DNA from: an uncultured Hyphomonadaceae bacterium | Lineage (GTDB): Bacteria; Pseudomonadota; Alphaproteobacteria; Caulobacterales; Hyphomonadaceae | DNA length: 46,064 bases | NCBI GenBank assembly: GCA_913056435.1 | Contig: CAJXMY010000001.1 | Location: forward strand, 1-46,064 | Reading direction: 5' to 3' | Part shown: positions 1-11,209 of the stretch, piece by piece | Layout of the letters: every line of letters begins with the position of its first letter | Numbering within the stretch: position 1 is the first letter of the stretch | Program-made: the position numbers and the translations under genes | Notes under the pieces: model-generated | What the model saw: the letters and a program-made list of their open reading frames with translations, nothing else | What the model was told of the DNA's origin: nothing | Database searches by the model: none

Positions 1-335
1 CCTGCCGCAATCAGCAGCCAGGCCGTGGCCGCCGGTAGAGCGAACACCAAACGCCTTTCGCCAAGCGATGTCGTATGGTCGTATACCGCGAACATCACGC
101 CAAACAAACCCATCAGCAACAGCATTCCGCCGTGGACCGCGTTGCGTAAGACCCGTGAATCGCCCCAGCGTGAACCGCAACCCAAACGGATGCAACCGTG
201 AACCGCTCCCAACATGGCGGCCACAAAGCCGGCATCCACCAGATCGACCTCGACCTCATAGCCGCGTTCCGACCAGTATTCTGCAATCTTCTCCCGAAGG
301 CGCTGGGCGCCGTCTGTGTTACACCAATCTTTCAT
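1..335 (-). CDS. Small hypothetical protein running off the left edge; residues after M41 may be chimeric
   Basis: Hand translation from ATG at 335 (GGAG SD upstream): MKDWCNTDGAQRLREKIAEYWSERGYEVEVDLVDAGFVAAM-LGAVHGCIRLGCGSRW..., open to the window edge. Absent from the ORF track because it has no stop codon. The N-terminus resembles a small Caulobacterales family (from memory). Confidence 0.6.
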   Translation of the reverse strand, partial: MKDWCNTDGAQRLREKIAEYWSERGYEVEVDLVDAGFVAAMLGAVHGCIRLGCGSRWGDSRVLRNAVHGGMLLLMGLFGVMFAVYDHTTSLGERRLVFALPAATAWLLIAA

Positions 336-831
336 TGATCCACTCCACCTGTATTTGCGTCCCCCGCCCAGACTTCCGGACGACTGCCTGTGTTTCCGTT
401 GTGTAAGACAGGCCTGACAGCCTCGACGCGCCCCTATGCCGGGATCGTTCCGCTTCCTCAACCCCCTATTTGATGAAAAAATCCCCACATCCAGACATGA
501 CAAAAAGTTCATGTTTGTTGGATGATCCGACCTTCAGATCGCCCAACTGGTTCGGAAAACCCCGTGGCCATTGGGGTTTACGTGTAGGAACCCCGCCCGA
601 AATGAGGCGCCCCAGTTAAATATTGGCGCGTGAGATAGAAAATAGCGGACACCGACTATGCATTTTTGCATATCTGGATCCCGAAAACAGATAGAACGGA
701 CCAGTCCCCGAGGGCTGGCAGGTTCAGATCCGGCTGTGGCGCCCCACTGGCCGCCCCGCAGAAAGACACATATAGGCCTAGTCTTGGCGGCCGAATACGC
801 CACATAGCAGTTGCAGCTGGAAAAAAGGCAG

Positions 832-1326
832 ATGAGCTTCGACACCCGAACCTTCCGCGATGCGCTCGGCCTGTTCGTCACCGGCGTGACGGTGATCACG
901 ACCCGGGATCCTGATGGCCGCCCGGTCGGCATCACGGCCAACAGCTTCAATTCGGTGTCGCTGGAACCACCCCTGGTGCTGTGGTCTGTGGCTCGCCAGT
1001 CCCGCAGCCTGGCCGCCTTCGAGCAGGCCGATCACTTTGCTGTGCATATCCTGCGGATCGATCAGCAGGACCTTTCCGACCAGTTCGCCACCTCGATGAC
1101 CGATAAGTTCGCGGGCCTAGGCCCGCTGACCGGCCTCGGCGGTATTCCCCTGCTCAAGGACTATGCCGCCCGTCTGCAATGCCGCATTTACGGCCGTCAC
1201 CCGGCCGGGGATCACATCGTCTTCATCGCCGAGGTCGAACGCCTCGATCTGAACCGGACCGCCCGTCCGCTCGTCTATCATGGCGGACATTATGCCAAGC
1301 TGGCGGACATGCCCCCGACCGGCTGA
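832..1326 (+). CDS. Flavin reductase family protein (HpaC/DszD-like)
   Basis: Motifs FRDALGLFVTGVTVIT, GITANSFNSVSLEPPLV and GDH; ATG at 832 preferred over TTG at 811. Confidence 0.92.
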   Translation: MSFDTRTFRDALGLFVTGVTVITTRDPDGRPVGITANSFNSVSLEPPLVLWSVARQSRSLAAFEQADHFAVHILRIDQQDLSDQFATSMTDKFAGLGPLTGLGGIPLLKDYAARLQCRIYGRHPAGDHIVFIAEVERLDLNRTARPLVYHGGHYAKLADMPPTG

Positions 1327-1389
1327 GCTGTCTCCCGACGGCGATCCCGGCTTTACACCCGGGCGCCTGACCGCCTAGACGACCACGTC

Positions 1390-2091
1390 ATGAAGAAGCT
1401 GCTGCGTCACCCCCTGATGAGTTCTGCCCTCGGCTGGCTGATCTGGGCGTATATGGGCCTGTGCGCGCGCACCATCCGCTGGACGGTCGAGGGACAGGAT
1501 CCGGCCCGCACAGCCTGGGCGGCAGAAGGCGGGATCATTGTCGCTGGCTGGCACTCGACCATCCTGCTTCTGCCATCGGGCTGGACCCGCCTGATGCGCC
1601 ACTGGCCGGGACGCACAGGACGCGTTGCCATGATGGTCTCCCTGTCACGCGACGGCGAGGCCGTGGCCAAGGCGATTGCCCATATGGGGCTGCATGCGGT
1701 GCGCGGTTCCTCGAACAACAAAGCCAAGAGCCATGACAAGGGTGGTCGGGAAGCGCTGCGGGAAGCCCTCGGGCTCCTGAACGGCAACGGGGTCGTCTGC
1801 GTCACGCCGGATGGTCCGCGCGGGCCGGCCGAGCTGGTCCAGAACGGCCCGGTCATCATGGCCAGACGGGCCCGTGCGCCCTTATTGCCCTATGCGGTGG
1901 TGTCGCGCCCCGTCCGCCGCCTGAACAGCTGGGACCGGTTTCGCATTCCTTTTCCCTTTACTCGGGGCGCCATCGTGTTCGGGGACCTCCTTTATCCAGA
2001 CCCCGCTCTGGACCGCGAGGCCCTCAGGCAGGCCCTGCAGGTCCGTCTCGACGACGCCATGCGCCGGGCCAACGCCCTCCTCGACCGCTAA
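1390..2091 (+). CDS. DUF374 / lysophospholipid acyltransferase-superfamily protein
   Basis: Motifs WH, SRDGE, VRGSS, TPDGPRGP and SWDRFRIPFPF; N-terminal membrane anchor. Confidence 0.88.
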   Translation: MKKLLRHPLMSSALGWLIWAYMGLCARTIRWTVEGQDPARTAWAAEGGIIVAGWHSTILLLPSGWTRLMRHWPGRTGRVAMMVSLSRDGEAVAKAIAHMGLHAVRGSSNNKAKSHDKGGREALREALGLLNGNGVVCVTPDGPRGPAELVQNGPVIMARRARAPLLPYAVVSRPVRRLNSWDRFRIPFPFTRGAIVFGDLLYPDPALDREALRQALQVRLDDAMRRANALLDR

Positions 2092-2106
2092 GCCAAGGCC
2101 GCGGGC

Positions 2107-2858
2107 TCACACGCCGTCGGCGGTCCCGGCATCCGGGGCCTGAGTAAAAATGGCCTCGAGGCTTCGCAGGTTCATCCCATGCTTGAGATAATTGTCGGGG
2201 GTCAGGTTCACAGCCTTGATCAGGGCCCGTTCAATCTGCGGCGTGCCAGAAGCATCCGGGACCAGATCAAAATCAAGGATATTGATGCAGCCCGTATCCT
2301 GCTCAAACCCGGAGCTCGCCCCCAGGGGCGCCCCGATCGCCCAGGCCAGGACCATGCGGTTGACCACCTCGTGGGCCACGACAAGGGCCGTCGCCCAGGC
2401 CGGACGGGCCAGCAGCGCCCGCAGGCCCGCTTCAATCCGGGTCATGGCATCAGCAAAACGTTCCCCGCCCTCCAGAAAGGTCGCACCGGGTTCGCCGGCC
2501 TGCTCAAACTGGAAAGTCATGGTGGCGGCCAGGTGCTCCGCTGACTTGAAGTCAATATACTGTCCGGATTTCAGTTCCTGCAAACGGGGTTCTGCGCGCA
2601 GGGGTGGCGGTGCGGCGTGCTCTGAAAGGACAATCTCCGCGGTTTCCCTTGTGCGGGCGAGCCCGGTATGGAAGGCCAGATCGAGGGACACATCAGACAA
2701 GGCCATGCCGGCCGCCCGCGCCTCCTCACGCCCCTGCGGGGTCAGGTAAGCCAGCGAGGGATCGCGGGCCCTGCGGACGGTCTCGGAGGTATAGTCCACA
2801 AAACCATGCCGCATGAGATAGATCCGTCGCCGGCCCGTTGTCCCCGGAAGGGCCGACA

Positions 2859-2859
<1 letters not shown>
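2107..2859 (-). CDS. Histidine phosphatase (phosphoglycerate mutase) family protein
   Basis: IYLMRHG, RTRETA and LVVAHE motifs; start overlaps the stop of the upstream CoA transferase. Confidence 0.88.
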
Positions 2860-3956
<1,097 letters not shown>

Positions 3957-4065
3957 TGTCTTCTCCCATTCCGTCGGGATTTTCCCGACCAATTCAACCC
4001 GACCTTAAGAGACCTGCGTTTAAATGAAAGGGTTCACCAAAGGTCACTGGGGGGTCTTCTCGGTC

Positions 4066-5292
4066 ATGAAACGGCATTTTGACGATCCGCCCATCGAAGT
4101 GCTGTCCTGTGCGGCCCGTCTGCCGGCTCTGCACACCCGTCTGGGGCGCGCCCGGATGCGTCCGAGCCGGGCCATGGTTCCTCTGAGACTGGACTATGCC
4201 GCGCCGCTGCTGATCGATATGGGGAGTGATCCGGACCCCAGCTGGCTTAAGGACTTCCTGCCGAGCTGGTATGACGCCAACCAGCCCCGCCTTCTTGTCA
4301 TTCTGGGCCATCCACCCGAAGGCCTGCACCCCCGGGACGCGATCCATCTGCCAGAGACGGATGATCTCCTCACCCTCCGGGACCGTCTCGCGATCCGTCA
4401 ACGCGAAGTGCTGCGCGAGCTGGAATCGAAACGCCGGTCTGAGACCGCCGAACGCCTTGGGGCGCCCTCCTTGTCGGTCCCGCACGCCCGCTACGCCCAT
4501 CGCCTTCTTTATCTCGGTAACAGCGGACCACATTTTGGCCCGCTCAAAGCCGCCCTGGCGGGCCTTGGTGGCGAGATGGCTGCGGCACTCAGCCCGACCA
4601 TGGCACTCGATTACCTCGCCCAGCACCGTTTCAGCGCCGTGCTGCTTGGCGACACCGGCACGTCAGGTCTGGATGGGTTCCTGTCCCCTGTTGCGCCCGA
4701 CCAGACCCGCAGCGCGCCCGCCTTGATTCACCTTCAGGCCGCCCGATCTGCCGCACAGCCCCTGCCCTTACCCGCGGATAAGCTCGACCTCATCCTGCCG
4801 CTCGACATGCCGAGTGACACCCTGGCCCGGCGGATCATGGCCTTCCTGCCGCGCCCGGCCCCGCACCTGAGTCCCCCCGCGCATGACGACGCCCAGATCA
4901 CAGACGGATCAACCGGTCTGTTTTCCCTCGCCTTCCTGAGGGCACACCTGACGAGCCTCATCGCTGTGTCGAGCCGGACCGGACAACCCCTGAGCGTCCT
5001 GCACCTTCGCGCGTCCACGGAGACACTGGACCTGACCCGTCTGGCCAGAACGGTCCGCCTCAGCCTGCGGGAATACGACCTGGCCGCCCCGCTCGACCCC
5101 AGCACCCTGTGCATTGTGATGCCGGACACGCCATACCGATCAGGACTCTCGGTGGCGAGGCGACTGGAGAGTCTCTGCGACGGCGCTCTGGTCTGGCACC
5201 TCATGGAACGCCGTCGATCCCAGGACGCCGACGCGCTGCTTGACCCCTGGTCGGGACGGTCACGCACTGGCTCCGCGCGCCAGACCGCCTAG
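4066..5292 (+). CDS. popA: PopA-like c-di-GMP effector (degenerate receiver domains plus catalytically dead GGDEF with intact I-site)
   Basis: Receiver-like segment (LLYLGN...ALDYLAQHRFSAVLL), GGDEF entry motif DGSTGLF, and RxxD (REYD) five residues before a degenerate DPSTL. Alternative start at 4024. Confidence 0.62.
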   Translation: MKRHFDDPPIEVLSCAARLPALHTRLGRARMRPSRAMVPLRLDYAAPLLIDMGSDPDPSWLKDFLPSWYDANQPRLLVILGHPPEGLHPRDAIHLPETDDLLTLRDRLAIRQREVLRELESKRRSETAERLGAPSLSVPHARYAHRLLYLGNSGPHFGPLKAALAGLGGEMAAALSPTMALDYLAQHRFSAVLLGDTGTSGLDGFLSPVAPDQTRSAPALIHLQAARSAAQPLPLPADKLDLILPLDMPSDTLARRIMAFLPRPAPHLSPPAHDDAQITDGSTGLFSLAFLRAHLTSLIAVSSRTGQPLSVLHLRASTETLDLTRLARTVRLSLREYDLAAPLDPSTLCIVMPDTPYRSGLSVARRLESLCDGALVWHLMERRRSQDADALLDPWSGRSRTGSARQTA

Positions 5293-8200
5293 CCAGACAC
5301 GGGCGAAGCGGCGTCCAGTTCCCGCAACAGACCTCGGATCGCGGTCAGCCGGGCGGCACCCTCCGCCGGCATGCCGGTGATGACCAGCTTGCTGTCCGGC
5401 CTCAGGCGCATGCGTCCCGGCCGCGCCCGCACCAGCTGCATCAGCGCCGCGGGATCAATCGGCGTATCGTTACGGAAAGTCATCACCACGCCCTTCGGAC
5501 CCGCATCCAGTTTGGAGATCCCCAGATGGCGGCACTGGGCCTTGATGGAGGTGACCTCTAGAAGTTGAGATGTGGCCTCTGGCAGCGGACCAAACCGGTC
5601 GATCAACTCCGCCGCGAAGGACTCCCGGGCCTGTTCGCTTGTCGCATCGGCAAGGCGACGATACAGGCCCAGACGAACACCAAGATCCTCGACATAGGTG
5701 TCAGGGATCAGAACAGCGACACCCAAATTGATCTGCGGTGACCACTCATCCGCCACATCGGGGTCGCCGGCCTGGCCAGACTGCAGGGCCTTGACCGCAT
5801 CCTCCAGCATGGACTGGTAGAGCTCGACCCCAACCTCCCGAACATGACCAGACTGCTGGTCGCCCAGCAGGTTGCCGCCTCCCCGCATGTCCAGATCATG
5901 ACTGGCCAGCTGGAACCCGGCCCCGAGGCTGTCGAGGGACTGCAGAACGCGCAGCCGCCGCTCTGCAGAAGCAGAGATCGACCGGTCTGCCGGCGTTGTC
6001 AGATAGGCATAGGCCCTCAGCTTGGCCCGGCCGACCCGCCCGCGGAGCTGGTAAAGCTGGGCAAGACCAAAGCGGTCCGCCTTGTGAATGATCAGCGTAT
6101 TCGCCCGCGGAATATCGAGACCACTTTCCACAATCGTGGTCGACAGGAGCACATCGTACTGGCCGTCATAGAAGGCGGTCATCAGTCCCTCCAGCTCCCC
6201 CGCCGGCATCTGACCATGGGCCACGACGAAGGACACTTCGGGCACATTGGCCTTGAGATAATCCTCCAGATAATCGAGGTCGGAAATCCTTGGCGCGACA
6301 TAATAGCTTTGGCCGCCGCGGTATTTCTCCCGCAGAAGCGCCTCGCGGACAGTCACGGCATCGAACTCCGTGACATAGGTCCGGACCGCCAGCCGGTCGA
6401 CGGGCGGCGTCGCAATGATGGACAGATCGCGGATCCCTGTCAGAGCCATTTGGAGCGTACGCGGAATCGGGGTCGCCGACAGGGTCAGCACATGCACATC
6501 CGCCTTCAGCTCTTTGAGCCGCTCCTTATGCTTGACCCCGAATCTTTGCTCTTCATCGACGATCAGCAGTCCGAGCCGTTTAAACGAAATCGACTTCGCC
6601 AGCAGGGCATGGGTTCCGACAACGACATCAACGGTCCCGTCAGACAGGCCCGCACGGGTTTCGCTGGCCTCGCGCGCGGGCACGAAACGCGACAGTGGCC
6701 GGACCTTGATCGGCCAACCCGCAAACCGTTCTGCGAATGTATTGTAATGCTGGCGGGCCAGCAGTGTGGTCGGCGCAATCACGGCCACCTGCTGACCCGC
6801 CATCGCCGCCACAAAGGCTGCGCGCAACGCCACCTCAGTCTTTCCGAAACCGACATCCCCACAAATCAGCCGATCCATCGGCTTTCCAGAGCTGAGATCG
6901 CCAAGGACATCCTCAATGGCATTCAACTGATCATCGGTCTCCTCATAGGGGAAGCGGGCTGCAAACTCTTCGTAAAGCCCGTCTCCTGACGGGCACGGGT
7001 CGGACTGCTTCAGCGCGCGCGCCGCCGCAATATCGAGAAGCTCTGCCGCCATTTCGAGAATGCGCTTCTTGGCTCTGGCCTTGCGAGTCTGCCAACCCAC
7101 CCCACCCAGATGATCGATAGCCGCATCGGCGTCCTCACTGCCATACCGGCTTATGAGATCGATATTCTCCACCGGCAGAAAAATCTTGTCGCCCTTGGCA
7201 TATTCCAGCTCCAGGCAATCATGGGGGGCTCCGGCGAGGTCGAGCGTTCGCAGGCCGTCATAACGTCCGACCCCATGGTCGACATGGACGACCAGGTCGC
7301 CGGGGTTCAGGGCGCTGGCCTCAGTAATGAAATTGGCGGCCTTGCGCTTACGCCGCGGGGCGGCCAGCCGGTCGCCCAGCACGTCCGGTTCCGCGATCAT
7401 CACGAACTCCGGGGTTGCAAACCCGGTTTCCAGCGGCAATTCGACAACGCAAAGACCCGCCGAGCGGGCCGCCGCATGGGAATAAACCCTCGGCACCTCC
7501 CCCAGCCCATGATCCTGCAGAACCCCGGCCAGGCGTTCGGCAGAACCGTCCGTCCAGGCCGCGAAGATCACCGTTCGTCCCTCGGCCCGCACGCTCCTGG
7601 CATAGTCCGCCGCCGCCTCGAAAATATTGATGTCCGGCTGCAGGCGCTCGGGCGCGAAATCCCGTCCCGCCTGCCCGCCAAGATCCAGCCCGCCCTGTCC
7701 CGGCGCCGGGAGAAACCGGAGTGTGGGCCGACGCTCCAGCAAGCCCTGCAATTCCTCCTCCTGGAGGTAAAGGGCCCAGGGCTCAAGAATGCGAGCCTCA
7801 CGCTGATCGCTGGCCGCCTCCAGCCGGGCGTGGTGGTAGTCACGGATCTGGGTCAGGCGCTCGGCACTGGCCTGAGCCGACAGGGGACCAACCCCGATTA
7901 GGGCGTCGGGGCCGACATAGTCGAACACAGTCTCGAGATGATCGTGGAAGAGGGGCAGCCACGATTCGATGCCCTGGCGGCGGATCTCGGCCCGGGCGGC
8001 CTCATACATCGGGTCCCCCGCCGGCGAGCCCAGCGTCGCCAGATACCGCTCCCGAAACCGGCTCAGGGTCTCTGGCGTGAACAGGATTTCGCTGACCGGC
8101 GCGAGGCGGACCTCTGTCAGGGTGGCGATGGAGAGCTGGGTCTCGGGGTCGAACGACTTGATCGACTCTACCTCGTCACCGAACAGGTCCAGACGGACCG

Positions 8201-8741
8201 GGGTCGCGTTGTCCGGGGGATAAAGATCAACTTTCCCCCCCCGCAGCGAATATTCACCGCGCTCCGCCACCGTCGACGTTCTAATGTACCCATTGACACT
8301 CAGATACCCGGCGAGTTCCGATTGATTGATCCTTTGACCTGCGGCAATCGAGAGACTCGAGCTTCTCAATACCTCACGTGGCGGCACCCGCTGTACCAGA
8401 GCACCCGCCGTGGTCACCACGAGACAAGCTGGCGCGCTTTCATCCCTCTGCGCCAGCCGCGCCAAGGCCGCACACCGGGCGGCTGCAACACCCGGGGAGG
8501 GGCTGATACGATCATATGGCAGAGTGTCCCAACCCGGGAGAAAAACCCGTTCCAATCCCGGCCCGAAAAATTCGGCGAGTTTCAGGGCGATGGCCGCCAT
8601 CTTGTCGTCGCGGGCAATATAGAGCCCCACGCCCTCGCGGAACATCAAAGCATCGCAAAAACCGAGAACGTCTCGACCAAACGGCGCGCCATGAATGTCG
8701 GCAGGCGCAGACAAGCGACTCAGCATGTCAGAAGCAGTCAT
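5289..8741 (-). CDS. mfd: Transcription-repair coupling factor
   Basis: 1150 aa; UvrB-like N-terminus, CarD-like VVHVDHGVGRY, GDVGFGKT, DEEQRFG, SATPIPRT, QLRGRVGR and TRCF C-terminus. Confidence 0.98.
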   Translation of the reverse strand: MTASDMLSRLSAPADIHGAPFGRDVLGFCDALMFREGVGLYIARDDKMAAIALKLAEFFGPGLERVFLPGWDTLPYDRISPSPGVAAARCAALARLAQRDESAPACLVVTTAGALVQRVPPREVLRSSSLSIAAGQRINQSELAGYLSVNGYIRTSTVAERGEYSLRGGKVDLYPPDNATPVRLDLFGDEVESIKSFDPETQLSIATLTEVRLAPVSEILFTPETLSRFRERYLATLGSPAGDPMYEAARAEIRRQGIESWLPLFHDHLETVFDYVGPDALIGVGPLSAQASAERLTQIRDYHHARLEAASDQREARILEPWALYLQEEELQGLLERRPTLRFLPAPGQGGLDLGGQAGRDFAPERLQPDINIFEAAADYARSVRAEGRTVIFAAWTDGSAERLAGVLQDHGLGEVPRVYSHAAARSAGLCVVELPLETGFATPEFVMIAEPDVLGDRLAAPRRKRKAANFITEASALNPGDLVVHVDHGVGRYDGLRTLDLAGAPHDCLELEYAKGDKIFLPVENIDLISRYGSEDADAAIDHLGGVGWQTRKARAKKRILEMAAELLDIAAARALKQSDPCPSGDGLYEEFAARFPYEETDDQLNAIEDVLGDLSSGKPMDRLICGDVGFGKTEVALRAAFVAAMAGQQVAVIAPTTLLARQHYNTFAERFAGWPIKVRPLSRFVPAREASETRAGLSDGTVDVVVGTHALLAKSISFKRLGLLIVDEEQRFGVKHKERLKELKADVHVLTLSATPIPRTLQMALTGIRDLSIIATPPVDRLAVRTYVTEFDAVTVREALLREKYRGGQSYYVAPRISDLDYLEDYLKANVPEVSFVVAHGQMPAGELEGLMTAFYDGQYDVLLSTTIVESGLDIPRANTLIIHKADRFGLAQLYQLRGRVGRAKLRAYAYLTTPADRSISASAERRLRVLQSLDSLGAGFQLASHDLDMRGGGNLLGDQQSGHVREVGVELYQSMLEDAVKALQSGQAGDPDVADEWSPQINLGVAVLIPDTYVEDLGVRLGLYRRLADATSEQARESFAAELIDRFGPLPEATSQLLEVTSIKAQCRHLGISKLDAGPKGVVMTFRNDTPIDPAALMQLVRARPGRMRLRPDSKLVITGMPAEGAARLTAIRGLLRELDAASPVSG

Positions 8742-8777
8742 GACGATCTACCGAAGCTTGGAAAAGAAATGGGCACC

Positions 8778-9044
8778 TCAACCCGATTGGGCCTCGTGCC
8801 GAAAGCCTATCAATTGGTCCAGAACCGGGCTCTTGAAATTTGCGGGAACGGGTTTCTGGCCCACTAACCAGGCAAAAACCTCCCAGTCGGGCGTCCCAAG
8901 AAGACGCTCGAACTCATCAAGGTCCTCTTCAGTGAGGGCGGCGATGTGAGCGTCCGCGAACCCACCCATAAGGAGATCCATCTCTCGGAATCCACGGCGC
9001 CACGCCCGAAATAACAGTTTTTTGCGGCGTACATCCAATGTCAT
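8778..9044 (-). CDS. sdhE: Succinate dehydrogenase FAD assembly factor (SdhE/Sdh5)
   Basis: RRKKLLFRAWRRGFREMDLL (RGxxE motif); ATG at 9044 with GGAGG SD; usual position between recG and mfd. Confidence 0.92.
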   Translation of the reverse strand: MTLDVRRKKLLFRAWRRGFREMDLLMGGFADAHIAALTEEDLDEFERLLGTPDWEVFAWLVGQKPVPANFKSPVLDQLIGFRHEAQSG

Positions 9045-9139
9045 CGACTCCTCCAGTAACGCTGACATAACGATGTTAAAGAAAAATCCCAGTCCATTGC
9101 GGCGATTGAACCCTTTCCGCGGTCTGATAAACCACAATC

Positions 9140-11209
9140 ATGCGCGACCCTCGCCTTTTTCCGTTATTCCAGCCCGTCAGCACCCTCCCGGGGATTGGAC
9201 CAAAGCTGACACCCCTTCTGGAACATCTTATCGGAGGAACCACCGTCTGGGATCTTTTGCTCCACTTGCCCGAGCGGTGGCTGGACCGGCGTCCCATTGA
9301 CAGTTTCGCCTCCCTCGTGGCGGGAGAACTTGCGACGGTTTCAGGAGAGGTTCACGCCGTCAAGGCGCCCTTCAGTGAACGGGCTCCGGCCCGCATAGAA
9401 CTTTTTGATGGTTCCGATATCCTGACAGTGACCTATTTCCGGGCGAACCCACGCTGGCTTCAGAGCCAGTTTCCCGTCGGGAAAATCCGACAGGTTTCGG
9501 GGCGTGTCGATTTGTTCAGAGATGAACTCCAAATGACTCATCCTGATTATGTTCTGGACCCCGAGCATGACCGTCCCCCTCCCGTCGCCGAACCCATTTA
9601 CAGGCTGACCGCCGGGCTCACCAACAAGAAGGTTCATGCAACCATTCTCCACGCACTGGACCACGTCCCCAGAGACCTGCCGGAGTGGATTGATGGCCCG
9701 TTTCTAGCGCAGCGGGCGTGGCCTGATTTCCCGGCGGCCCTCCACGGGCTCCACGCACCGAAGGTTTTTGACAAAAGGGCCCTTGAAAAATGCCAAGACA
9801 GGCTGGCCTATGATGAAGCTCTCGCACGAGAACTGACCTTCATGCGGGCCCGGGCGCAAAGGCGCAGCGTTCGCGCCATGGAGGTTCCTGCAGCACCTGA
9901 GGCGCTCAACCGCCTTGTTCGAACCCTTCCTTATGTCCCGACTCAAGCTCAGATCAGAGCGACACGAGAAATCATGGCGGATCTGGCCAAGTCTTACCCG
10001 ATGCGGCGGATGCTTCAGGGTGATGTGGGTTCAGGCAAGACTTTGGTCGGCGCATTTGCTGCGGTGCAAGCCGCCGAGACAGGCTTTCAAACTGCCTTCA
10101 TGGCCCCAACCGAGGTTCTGGCTCGCCAGCAGTTCGCAACCCTGGACACCTTGCTGTCTCCCCTGGGGTTTTCCGTCGCCGCCTTAACCGGAAGGGACAA
10201 GGGGCGTTTAAGGGAAGCAACTCTGATGGCGCTGGGCAATGGAGACATTGACATTGTTGCCGGCACACATGCCCTGTTTCAAGAAGGTGTCAGCTTCGAC
10301 AAGCTTGGTCTCATCATCGTCGATGAACAGCATCGTTTCGGCGTCGCAGACCGTTTGAAGCTGCGCTCGAAGGGGCGGGCTCCCCATGTCTTGGTTATGA
10401 GCGCGACGCCCATTCCGAGGACGTTGGCGCAAACGGTCCACGGTGACCTTGATGTGTCCATTCTGGATGAAAAACCTCCGGGTCGGCGTCCCGTCGAAAC
10501 CCGGGTCCTGCCGGACACCCGCATGGACAATGTCATTGCAGCTGTTGGCCGAGCGCTCCAGCGTGGAGAGCGCGCCTTTTGGGTCTGCCCCCGTGTCGAG
10601 ACCGACAGCGAAGACGGACGCTCTGCAATCAGCCGCGCAGCCATGCTTTCAGAACGCTTGGGCGAGAAAGTCGGCCTGGTGCACGGCAGAATGAAGAGCG
10701 ACGAAAAAGATAATGCTTTGGAGGCTTTCCGAGCCGGAAAGACCAGGATTCTTGTCGCAACAACGGTGATAGAAGTTGGCGTCGATGTACCGGAAGCCAC
10801 CATCATGGTTATTGAACGGGCTGAGGGGTTTGGTCTCGCACAACTCCATCAGCTCAGGGGACGCGTTGGCCGAGGGGCACAGGACAGTTTTTGCCTACTC
10901 ATTTATCATCCGCCGCTGACAGACATGGCCAGAGAAAGGCTTGAGACCCTCAGGAGAACGGAGGACGGATTTGAGATTGCAGAAGCTGATTTCAGGTTGC
11001 GCGGCCCCGGTGACATGCTGGGCAAACGCCAATCGGGTCTGATCGATCACCGGATCCTGCAACTTCCACGACACAAGACACTGATAGACATCGCCCATAA
11101 GGACGCGCAGCTCGCGTCCGAGAAAGCCGATAGCATATCTGCCCTGAGAGCGGAGGGGCTGAGCCTACTCAGCCAACTACTCAGCCCCGACCTCAGATAC
11201 AGCGACTGA
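9140..11209 (+). CDS. recG: ATP-dependent DNA helicase RecG
   Basis: Wedge domain, QGDVGSGKT, DEQHRFG, SATPIPRT, QLRGRVGRG and TRG motif DGFEIAEADFRLRGPG. Confidence 0.98.
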   Translation: MRDPRLFPLFQPVSTLPGIGPKLTPLLEHLIGGTTVWDLLLHLPERWLDRRPIDSFASLVAGELATVSGEVHAVKAPFSERAPARIELFDGSDILTVTYFRANPRWLQSQFPVGKIRQVSGRVDLFRDELQMTHPDYVLDPEHDRPPPVAEPIYRLTAGLTNKKVHATILHALDHVPRDLPEWIDGPFLAQRAWPDFPAALHGLHAPKVFDKRALEKCQDRLAYDEALARELTFMRARAQRRSVRAMEVPAAPEALNRLVRTLPYVPTQAQIRATREIMADLAKSYPMRRMLQGDVGSGKTLVGAFAAVQAAETGFQTAFMAPTEVLARQQFATLDTLLSPLGFSVAALTGRDKGRLREATLMALGNGDIDIVAGTHALFQEGVSFDKLGLIIVDEQHRFGVADRLKLRSKGRAPHVLVMSATPIPRTLAQTVHGDLDVSILDEKPPGRRPVETRVLPDTRMDNVIAAVGRALQRGERAFWVCPRVETDSEDGRSAISRAAMLSERLGEKVGLVHGRMKSDEKDNALEAFRAGKTRILVATTVIEVGVDVPEATIMVIERAEGFGLAQLHQLRGRVGRGAQDSFCLLIYHPPLTDMARERLETLRRTEDGFEIAEADFRLRGPGDMLGKRQSGLIDHRILQLPRHKTLIDIAHKDAQLASEKADSISALRAEGLSLLSQLLSPDLRYSD

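Noticed and set aside
68-406. 112-aa plus-strand ORF in the track
   Set aside because: Pro/Arg-rich with no motif, and antisense to the better-supported minus-strand ORF starting at 335.
683-697. GAAA-N7-GAAC resembling an alphaproteobacterial LexA box
   Set aside because: Mismatch in one half-site, and the flanking genes are not SOS-type.
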